Below, one piece after another: positions 54,992 through 64,000 of a DNA stretch of 64,000 nucleotides (position 1 is the first letter of the stretch; each line of letters opens with the position of its first letter). The translations under genes were made by a program, and so were the position numbers. Origin of the DNA: Spiroplasmataceae bacterium (GTDB lineage Bacteria; Bacillota_I; Bacilli_A; Mycoplasmatales; JAYUTB01). The stretch is taken from NCBI GenBank assembly GCA_043756005.1, contig JAYUTB010000008.1, forward strand, positions 2,316-66,315. Reading direction: 5' to 3'. Under the pieces are notes generated by a model that was not told where the DNA came from, did no database searches, and saw only the letters and a list, made by a program, of their open reading frames with translations.

Positions 54992-56233
54992 TTAATTAGG
55001 AACAATGATTTTTTCGTGTTTTAATTTTTTAATAATTAAATCGGCTTGCAAATTATTCAATTTAAAGTAAGTTTTTAACATCATTATGGTAATTAAAGAT
55101 CACCGTTTTTCAATGATTAAAGCTTTTATTTTCTCATAAGTATCACTAGTGACGTGTTGAGCAAATGTTGCTTCAAAATCAGCATCTTGTTCTAACATTT
55201 TGTGTTCTTCAAAAACAGTTTTATATTCTTGATTAATAAATGAAGTTGGTTTCACTAATTGTTTTGGTTCAAGGTAATTTAAAAAGTTTTCTTTATCAAT
55301 ATCGCCAGTTGGCCCAATATAACGATCTTCAAATTTTGCTTTAACATTTTTTTCAGCTTGATTTAATTTGACTTCGACTGGATATTCAAAGTTGTTTTTA
55401 ATAGTATCCGGTTTATTAATAAATGATGGTGGTTTTAAATCAACAGCATATTTATTTTCTAATTCACGATTTGATTTGATTTGAGCTAAAAATTTTTGTT
55501 GATCGCTATTTAATGCGCTTTTTGAATTTAGCGCAGGTTTTTTAAAAAATTTTGGTTTAGATCTAAATTTCATTAAACATATACAAATAAACATCACGAT
55601 AAATGTCGTTACATATGGAATTACCATAGCCGCAACAAAATTTGTTTTTATAGCTAATGTACCAGCTACAAAATAACCAACAAAGCCTGTTCAGTTGGTA
55701 GCTATTTTTAGTTGTTCCATTAATGGTTCATTAGAGGCTTTAATTTGACCAATTAAGGATTTTGCATGGTTAAGTATTGATTTTACGTCAAAAGTATTAT
55801 AATTTTGTAACATTGCATGATTATCAAATTTGATTAATTGTTTTGTATTTGAATGAAGTAAAATTTGACCTAACGTTTCATTAGGTTTTGAAGCTTGTTC
55901 AGCAATCGTGATCATTGTACTATTTAAACAAATTTGTAATAATACAACACTACACAACATGATACTTAAACTTAATAACAGCGTACTAATACGAATTTTG
56001 GTAATTAAATATATAAAAAATATCGTTATGACGCTGATATATAAAAATCATTTAAAATATCCTAATAAGATATGAAAAGCTCAATCAGAAGCTTGACCAA
56101 GCAATGTTAATCTGAAAAAAATCATGCAAAATGTTGTAATAACAAAAAAACATGTTAAAATTTTACAAATGCGTGCAAAACTAAACCATGATTTTTTAGG
56201 CGCTTTTGTCAAATTATTAGTATTATATTTCAT
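54992..56233 (-). CDS. membrane protein with possible FtsK-gamma-like C-terminal winged helix
   Basis: ATG at 56233. Track ORFs 55100-55627 and 55691-55960 share a frame. About 5 TM helices, a linker, and the C-terminus DTYEKIKALIIEKRWSLITIMMLKTYFKLNNLQADLIIKKLKHEKIIVPN. Confidence 0.5.
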
Positions 56234-56316
56234 AAATTAATTCCTTTATTTTTAACAATTATACATTATTATTTACATATTTTTAAAAACTAATGCAACC
56301 CATAAAATATAATTAA

Positions 56317-58053
56317 TTAATAAAAACCAACTTCTAATATAACAATTGGGGTTTTTTTAGCAACCCGAAACATATAATCTAAAATTGGTTTAGTTAACAT
56401 TTCTTTGATAAAAGTTGCGTCAGCTGATGGAGGATCAATTTGAAATCTAGGTAATAATACGGTTTCAGTTAATTTATCAATGATTTTTTTTATTTCAGCA
56501 TTTACTTTATGTTTAATGACAAAACCATTATCAACTACACCTTGAATTTGAATATCAACATTGGTAACCACCTCAAAAGTTTTTTTAGCTAACATAAAAT
56601 TAATACTTATAAAACCATCACTTAATAAGTTTTGACGATCTTGAATGATGCGATCTTGTTCAAAATATCATTGATACGGTTGATGCATTAATAATCAATC
56701 AGGTTGATTAATGAATGTAGGTTTAGTAACTGGCAGTTGGTCATGGCTTAATGGTAAGTGTAAGCTGGTTTGATTATCCATTAATAATAAGTGGTTTGGT
56801 AAAATAGTGGTGTTGGGCATGATACTTTTCATTAATAAAAAATCACCATAAAAACCAGTAATCGGAATAACATATTGGGGATTAATTAAATTTAAAATAA
56901 TTTTAATGTCTTGTAAAGAAGGTAAAAAACTAAATGGTTTGTCAGTATCACAAGTGGTTAATGAGAAGTCAAGCTTCATCGCCTCTTCAAGAAATAGTTC
57001 ATAACACCATTCTTGACCAAATAATAATTTACTGGCCAAGACAACTTCATCGGTTGGTAAAAATGTAAATGCTGATGAATTTGTACAACAATCATGTAAA
57101 AAATTAAAAATGGTTTCCGGTTGATCAGATAAAATAATAATTTCCGGTTGCGCGGTCTGATTAATGATGTAATTGGGTGGTTTGTTATGTCAGTTTGCAA
57201 ACATGAGATGTTTAAAATCAAATGATTGCATACTTTTAAAAAAATCAATCATAGCTCAAAGCTGATGATTATAAATTCAAACTTTGATTGATTTTTTTAA
57301 TTTATTATAATAATTGAAAATTTCAAATAAATACCACAATTGATTATGAAACACAATAAAAATATAACGCATATCAATATTAAAATTGGATTGTAATCAT
57401 GGCGTAATTGAATAATGATGCAGAGAAGTTAATGAATTATTAACTCCTCCCGCGGGTAAAAATAAATGAGTAATTGATTGTTGTGATAATTTAAATAAAG
57501 TATGATAATTACCCGTAAATAATGGATAATCAACCACCACATCTAACATAAATTCACTTAACAAAACAATTTTAAAAGCATCTTTTTCAATCAAAAACCC
57601 CATCGTTTGTGGAGTCATAGAAAATACTGCTAAACTAGTGATTTTAATCTGCCCCGATGATTGCTGAATAATGATTTCCGAACCGTGAGTAAGTTCATAA
57701 AACGTTGGCGTAAGATTAATATGTAATGTCGCTAATTGCTGTTTAATAATAAAGGTTACAAATGGACTGGCATAAATTGGTATGTTATGAGTCATTTGTT
57801 GTAAAAAGACAAATAACCCACCGATTTTGGTATGAGCACTACTACTCACAAAAATGCCTTTAATACGGTGTTGATTAGCTAATAAATAAGATTGATCGGC
57901 AATGATTGCATCAATGCCGATCAATGTTTCATAATAATCACTTAATTTAAAGCCGATGTCGAAAACAATAATGTCTTCGTCGATTTGAAAGAAATAAAGA
58001 TGTTTATCTCGTTCATCGATCCCCCCGAGGGCAAAAAATTGAATATTAGCCAC
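56317..58053 (-). CDS. RNase J-like metallo-beta-lactamase-fold protein with degenerate catalytic motif
   Basis: GTG start at 58053. IQFFALGGIDE...IKGIFVSSSAHTKIGG aligns with RNase J ...FALGG...GLFITHGHEDHIGG. Three track ORFs in one frame. It lies immediately downstream of pnp. Confidence 0.75.
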
Positions 58054-58060
58054 GCGACAA

Positions 58061-60205
58061 TTATGTTATTTTTTCAAGAAATTTAAAAGAAATGCGTTCT
58101 CTTTCGTCAATATGACCAACTTCAACCAATACTTCATCATCAACATCTAACATGCTATCAATTTTAGTATTTTCGGCAGCATTTTTTTTATCAAAAAAGA
58201 TTAAACCACCGACACCATTTGGTAAGTGCACAATAATGCCAAAGTTATTTTTTTTCACAACTTTACCTTGCGCTTGCATACCAACTTTCATAATGACACT
58301 GCATTCTTCAATTTTGGCAATGGCCATATCAATGTATGTTTCGTCTTGATGATACACATATACTTTTCCGTCATCATTAACATTAATTCTAACATTATTA
58401 CAATCTTTAATAATTCGATTAATATTTTTTCCGCCCGAACCAATAATATTTTTGATTCGCGTTGTTGGTACAGTAATGCATTTTACTTTATCAACGTCCT
58501 TAGATACGCCTGGTCTAGGCTTTGAAATGATTTTATTCATATTCTCGAGTATTTCCGTTCTCCCTTGTTTCGCTAACAATAGCGATGCTTTAATTATATC
58601 ATATTCTATACCATCGATTTTTAAATCTAATTGAATCGCACAAATCCCGACTTCTGTACCAGCGATTTTAAAGTCCATATCTCCAAAAAAATCTTCTTTG
58701 CCTTCAATATCAAGTAATAATTGATAATCATCACCAACTTTAATTAAACCAACGGAAATACCAGCAATATGTTTAGTAATTGGTGCGCCAGCTAACATTA
58801 ACGCTAATGAAGACGCACAAATAGCGGCTTGTGAAGTAGAACCATCGGATGATAATACTTCAGAAACAATGCGAATTGTATATGGAAATAATTCATTATC
58901 AGGTAATACCGCTGATAATGCCTTTTCCACTAATAAACCATGCCCAGTTTCACGTCGATTAATCGCACGATTTTTAGTAATTTCGCCCACTGAAAAGCCA
59001 GCAAAATTATAATGATGAATAAATGTTTTTTCAGTGGTATCACTTAAATCATCAATCGTTTGTCTGTCAGTTAATGAAACAATCGTGGCCGCTGATAAAA
59101 CTTTGGTATCACCTCGAGCAAATAAAGCGCTCCCATGGACTGATGGTAATACATCACCAACACTAGTAAGGGGTCGTAATTGATCGAGTTGACGACCATT
59201 AAGTCGAGTTTTAGTCGTCATGATTTTACTTCGTAATGCGGTTTGAAAAGATTGATCAAATAGTTGTTTCACAACATCAATGACCACTTTTGTTTCTTGC
59301 AGATTGGTACATACTATTTGGGATAGGATGTTTTTGGTAATAGTGGCTTTTAATGTATTTAAGGTTGCTTTATGAAGGTCAGTTTGGTTAAAGATAACAT
59401 CATGGATAGTTTGTTGGACATCAGCGGTAAACAACTTGGTAACTTGATTAATAATGGATTGGTGATATTGATAATCATTAATTTGCGCATCAATATTAAT
59501 CATTGTTAATTGTTGAATAATATCCATTTGATGATTAATGTATTTTTTAATAGCTTGTTGAGCTAATGTAATTGCATCAAGATACACAGCTTCGCTGATT
59601 TCTTTCGAACCAGCTTCAATCATGACTACTTTATCAACGCTACCCACCACAAATAATTCTAAAGTAGATGATAACATTTGCGTTTGATCAGGATTAACAA
59701 TTAATTGACCATCCACTTGACCAATTTTAACAGCTCCTAATAACGCTTTAAATGGTAAATTAGTCGTTGCAATGACTAAAAATGACGCCATAAAAGCTAA
59801 TAATCTAATATCATATTGTTTATCAACTGATAAGACACTATTAATGATTTGCACTTCTTTACGACACCGCTCATCAAACATTGGTCGCATTGCGCGATCA
59901 ATTAATCGTGCACTTAATACGGCATGATCACCTGGTTTACCTTCTCGTTTAAAAAAACCACCCGGCACGCGTCCGACCGCATAAAATTTTTCATCAAAAT
60001 TCACACTTAATGGAAAATAATCTTTGGTTTCAGTTGGCGTAGCACAAACTAACGTAGTTAAGATAACGCTATTACCGCAGGTAATTAAAATACTATTATC
60101 AGCATTAACAGCCAGACTATTTTGTTCAATGATAAATGTTAGTCCATTAAAGACTATTTCAATTTTTTTAGCTTGTTTGTTTAATAAAGATTGGTGATCG
60201 GTCAT
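58061..60205 (-). CDS. pnp: polyribonucleotide nucleotidyltransferase (PNPase)
   Basis: An uninterrupted 714-aa ORF with two RNase PH domains, a KH domain (IGSGGKNI) and a C-terminal S1 domain. Confidence 0.95.
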   Translation of the reverse strand: MTDHQSLLNKQAKKIEIVFNGLTFIIEQNSLAVNADNSILITCGNSVILTTLVCATPTETKDYFPLSVNFDEKFYAVGRVPGGFFKREGKPGDHAVLSARLIDRAMRPMFDERCRKEVQIINSVLSVDKQYDIRLLAFMASFLVIATTNLPFKALLGAVKIGQVDGQLIVNPDQTQMLSSTLELFVVGSVDKVVMIEAGSKEISEAVYLDAITLAQQAIKKYINHQMDIIQQLTMINIDAQINDYQYHQSIINQVTKLFTADVQQTIHDVIFNQTDLHKATLNTLKATITKNILSQIVCTNLQETKVVIDVVKQLFDQSFQTALRSKIMTTKTRLNGRQLDQLRPLTSVGDVLPSVHGSALFARGDTKVLSAATIVSLTDRQTIDDLSDTTEKTFIHHYNFAGFSVGEITKNRAINRRETGHGLLVEKALSAVLPDNELFPYTIRIVSEVLSSDGSTSQAAICASSLALMLAGAPITKHIAGISVGLIKVGDDYQLLLDIEGKEDFFGDMDFKIAGTEVGICAIQLDLKIDGIEYDIIKASLLLAKQGRTEILENMNKIISKPRPGVSKDVDKVKCITVPTTRIKNIIGSGGKNINRIIKDCNNVRINVNDDGKVYVYHQDETYIDMAIAKIEECSVIMKVGMQAQGKVVKKNNFGIIVHLPNGVGGLIFFDKKNAAENTKIDSMLDVDDEVLVEVGHIDERERISFKFLEKIT

Positions 60206-60433
60206 CTAATGTTTAAAACCTTGTTAGTAATACAAAAATAAATTATGAAGTAAATATCAAAAATTTAAATCGCTAATTAAGAGTTTATCATATAAATTAG
60301 TAATTAGTTAAAATAATTAATCTGATAAATATTTTAATGATTGATATTTATTTAAAAATAATAATTTTCAAATGTTGATTTAATCAAGCTAATATTGATA
60401 TATTAAATCAAAAAAAGTTATAATTTTTTTGTA

Positions 60434-61774
60434 ATGAACAACAAAATTATCAAACCAGAATATATATTTGATGCTTTTTATAAAAATATTTATATTGAAG
60501 ATCAAGTTATCAAAGAATTATTAAATACTAAAGAAATGTTGAGATTACATCATATTAAACAATTAGGGTTAATTTATCCTTTTTTCCCTTCAGCAGTTCA
60601 TACTCGTTTTTCTCATTCGTTAGGTGTTTATTATATTGTTGATCGCATATTTAAAGAGGCATATTTTCAAGATCCATTCAATAAAAAAGATAAATTAATA
60701 ATCAAAATTGCTTCATTGTTACATGATGTTGGCCATGGACCTTTTTCTCATTCATTTGAATCCCTTATTAAAAATTGTCAAGATACACAATTTAACCATC
60801 ATGAAGGTTATAGTGTTAAAATTATTCAAGATGTCAATAGTGATATTAATAAAATTCTTACTAAATATAAAATCAACATTAATAAAGTCGTTGAATATAT
60901 TAAACCTTCAAATGAATCGTATCAATTAAATTTGATTTCATCAATTATTGATGCTGATCGGTTAGATTATTTAAATCGTGATAATTTGTCTTTAGGATTA
61001 GATATTGGTAAAATCGGCATTGATTATATAATTCAATCAATGTATTTTAAGCGTGATAATAAAAAATTAATGCAAATATATTTTACATCTAAAAGTAAGT
61101 CCAGCATTGAAAGTTTTTTGTTTAATCGCCGCCAAATGTATCAAGCTTTATATTTTTACCCAAGCAGTATGTTAATGGATGTTATATTACAAAACATCTT
61201 TCAAAGATTAACTGAATTATATAATCAAGATCAAACAAAATTTTTAACGAGCACCAATTTAAATCAATATTTTTTACCATTTATTAAACCAATTTTAGAA
61301 AAAAAACCAATCCCAATGAATGTTTATCAATATTTAGAAGACAACTTTATGGACACTTTGTTAAATTCATTACTAGCAAGTACTGATCAAATTATTAGTT
61401 TTTTAAGTTTTGTTTGAAAAAACATTGTTGTTTTTAATAAAAATAACCTTATTACTAATAAACAAAATTCTAAAAACGATTTAGATATAGCAAATATTGA
61501 AAGAATACTTTTAAAGCAAAACCATCATCACATAAACAAAACACTTCCTTGAGATGAATATTTATTAGGTGTTAAGTCTATTGCAGATAAGCAAGTTAAC
61601 GATGTTTCACAAAAAATCATGTTAATTAATGATGATTATGATGTTGATCAAGCGGTAAATTTTTATGAGATTAATAATGATATTGATTGAATAAAAATCC
61701 AAACTATTCCAACGAAAACAATCTTTTTTAACTTATCTAATTTTAAGTTGACCAGTGATATCGAACCTGATTAA
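60434..61774 (+). CDS. HD-domain phosphohydrolase (dNTP triphosphohydrolase-like)
   Basis: RFSHSLGV...LLHDVGHGPFSH...DADRLDY are HD-superfamily motifs. The frame continues past TGA 61415 to TAA 61772-61774. Confidence 0.8.
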
Positions 61775-62532
61775 AGATGTTTAACCACTAAATTGAATCG
61801 TTGTTGATGGTTTTGTAAAACCAGCTGGTTTGTTTTAATTGTTTCAATGCCATCGACAAAAAAATAAGTATCTTTAACAAAATGATGTTCATCAATTACA
61901 ATCGTTAATATTTGTGATTGATCTAAAATAAAATTTTTATAAGTAATGGGGGTTAATCCATCACACGGAGCAATAATTTTCACATTTAATAAAGGGGTCT
62001 TGGCTAGAATGGTTGCCCCATCAATTGCTTTGATATATCCTGATGAACCAAGGTTAGTTGAAATAACAATGCCTGAAGCTTGATAATTTGCTAATCATTG
62101 ATCATTAATAAATAAATTAAAGGTAATGGTATTTTTTAAGTTAATAATTCTTAATTCGTTAACACTCAATTGTTGCTTAATGATTTTATTATTTTGCATA
62201 AAATTAATTTGCAACAATTGACATTGATCAATGACAATTTTATGATTAATAATTTGCTCGATAATTTGATCAATGTCATCAATTAACCACCTACAAAAAA
62301 AACCAACACTTTTGTCATTAGTTTTAATAGTAATAAATTTACTATTATTTAATAAATGATTGTATTTGTTAATGGCTCATAAAAAATTACCATCACCACC
62401 TAATACAAAAATTCAATTTGGATTTACTTGATCATTAATAAAGTTATAAGTGTGTAATTTATCAATTAATATTGTTTGAATATCAAGGGATTGTGATTTA
62501 TGTTCATTAATAGCAATGGCGTATGTAAACAT
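61771..62532 (-). CDS. nadK: NAD kinase
   Basis: FVLGGDGNFL, NxGxxGY-like STNLGSSGYI and a C-terminal beta domain. Track ORF 61771-61983 plus upstream segments share one frame. ATG at 62532. Confidence 0.85.
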
Positions 62533-62600
62533 TTTTTTATCATAATCCTCAAATTTTTTTAATAAATTTCATTTTTTTTTAGCTATTGTTTTAATTTGTT
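62531..62600. repeat. about 70-bp direct repeat, copy A (copy of the trpS 3' end, now the nadK 5' leader)
   Basis: ATTTTTTTATCATAATCCTCAAATTTTTTTAATAAATTTCATTTTTTTTTAGCTATTGTTTTAATTTGTT matches 62975-63044 with a few mismatches. Confidence 0.9.
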
Positions 62601-62818
62601 ACAGCAATAATTAATATTTTTTTGATTCAGAAGTTAATTGTATTATATTTTTTAATATTTTTTTTCTAAACTAATGTTAAAAAAAATAAATTAAAAAAGT
62701 ATATAAATATCTGAAATTTTATATAAATGATAATTACTGATAATTAAATTGTGATTTAAATTTATTATCTATTATATAAACTATAATAATTATGAATACA
62801 TAAATATATTTACAGTTC

Positions 62819-62974
62819 TGTTAAAATAGGTAGTTGTTATTAACAAGCATAAAAATTAAATCTGGATTCACGTGATTATTAATAAAGTTCGGAGGTTATC
62901 AATGGGTGACTAAAGCAGTTTTAAGAATTGGCTTTTGTTTTTATGCTTGTTAATAACAACTACCTATTTTAACA
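62819..62974. repeat. 156-nt element: 37-bp perfect inverted repeat around an 82-nt loop
   Basis: The left arm 62819-62855 (TGTTAAAATAGGTAGTTGTTATTAACAAGCATAAAAA) is the exact reverse complement of the right arm 62938-62974. Confidence 0.95.
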
Positions 62975-63044
62975 TATTTTTTATCATAATCCTCAAATTT
63001 TTTTAATAAATTTCATTTTTTGTTTAGCGATGGTTTTAATTTGT
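62975..63044. repeat. about 70-bp direct repeat, copy B (authentic trpS 3' end)
   Basis: See copy A. It overlaps the last roughly 21 codons and the stop of trpS. Confidence 0.9.
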
Positions 63045-63991
63045 TTTTCATTAGTAATGATTGTTTTTAATACTTCATTATTAGCTTGATAAAGTTTGGT
63101 TCGATCTTGAATATTTTTGAATGCATCGTTAATAATATCAATTAATGTATTTTTTAAATCGTGATAATTTTTATGTTGAAATATATCTTCGGCATCTTTG
63201 ATTGTTGTTTCTGAAAATAAACAAAAAATTTTAAGCAAATTGCTGACCCCTGGTTTATTAATCGGATCAAAATAAATTTTATTTTCTGTGTCAGTAATGG
63301 CTTTCATAATTTTTTGTTTAATGATGTCAGGTTTGTCAGCTAAGTTAAGTTTGGAAAATTCATTATCATCTGATTTTGACATTTTTTTTAATGGATTTTG
63401 TAAACTCATAATTTTATCACTTAATTGGTTATCAAATGCTTGCAAGCGGGTTGGTAAAGTAAAGACGGTGGTATTAAATTTATGATTGATTTTTTCAGCT
63501 AAGTTTCTTATAAATTCAATGTGTTGGGTTTGATCAATGCCGGTTAAGACAACATCACTATCAAACAATAAAATATCAGCACTCATTAAGATTGGATAAA
63601 TTAATATACCAGTTGGAATAGCAATACTTTGATTGGCATGTTTGATTTTTTTATCTTTATATTGGGTCATATTATTAAGTTGTCCCACCGTGGTGTGACA
63701 ACTTAATAAATAATGCAATTCACTGATTTCGGGGATATGTGATTGGATAAAAATCTTTACTTTTGTACTGTCAATGCCACAAGCTAAATAATAATTAATA
63801 ATGGTTTGGGTTTGGTGTTGTAATATTGATTGATGCACATTATCAGTTGTTAAAGCATGTAAATTAGCAACAAATAATATAATTTCATAATCATTTTGTA
63901 ATTTAATAATTGGTTTAATAACACTAAAATAGTGACCAATATGCATTTCTCCAGTACTAGTAATGGCACTAATTAATTTAAGTTTTTTCAT
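62981..63991 (-). CDS. trpS: tryptophan--tRNA ligase
   Basis: Class I HIGH-type motif (GEMHIGHY) and KMSKS (KKMSKSD). The TGA at 62993 is Trp and the frame ends at TAA 62981-62983. Confidence 0.92.
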
Positions 63992-64000
63992 ATATTTTAA

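Noticed and set aside
61771-61774. 4-nt convergent overlap of the HD-hydrolase and nadK stop codons (TTAA).
   Set aside because: It is real, but it is a trivial consequence of TAA stops on both strands and is not regulatory evidence.

Overview
This window is about 64 kb of a very AT-rich, wall-less Mollicutes-type chromosome (Mycoplasma/Ureaplasma-like). Nearly every recognisable housekeeping gene only becomes full length if TGA is read as Trp (translation table 4), so I merged many of the supplied standard-code ORFs and extended others past TGA. All calls come from reading the sequence by eye; no searches were run, and ends of non-coding features are approximate.

Backbone genes, left to right: rpsP (partial), rny, recA, cinA, pgsA, rnpB RNA, rlmB-like, tsaD, glpX, two YitT-like membrane genes, asnS, lysS, an ABC ATPase, ftsH, argS, cls, tRNA-Ser, metK, ybeY, dnaB, rplI, gdpP-like, rpsR, ssb, rpsF, parB, parA, purB, ppa, degV, folD, tRNA-Arg, tig, nusB, an RNase J-like gene, pnp, an HD hydrolase, nadK and trpS. 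No rRNA genes, CRISPR arrays, transposases or integrases were seen.

Accessory and unusual content:
1. A dispersed family of surface-protein genes (23.7-25.3, 26.5-27.4, 35.9-36.2, 46.4-47.4 and 47.8-49.8 kb). They share a promoter/leader cassette with a length-variable (TA)n tract in the -35/-10 spacer and a covarying 5'-UTR hairpin. Four members are each one homopolymer indel away from an intact frame. This looks like a multi-layer contingency (phase-variation) system and is my top candidate for something new.
2. A compact type IV secretion-like module (29.4-35.6 kb: VirB3/4-like ATPase, polytopic membrane protein, a large Trp-rich tail-anchored protein and a small 2-TM protein). It has no recognisable integrase, relaxase or coupling protein.
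3. Three insertions, each bracketed by direct duplications of neighbouring chromosomal sequence: cls 5' end plus tRNA-Ser, the dnaB 3' end, and the trpS 3' end.
4. Other items: a 35-bp-stem palindromic element with relics flanking a variable gene, a 34-aa Cys-rich peptide gene with near-consensus signals, a collagen-like lipoprotein, a C5-methyltransferase relic, an ABC ATPase with a repeat-built N-terminal extension, a Trp-repeat surface protein plus its decayed paralogue, a pgsA-cinA read-through fusion and a catalytically degenerate RNase J homologue.
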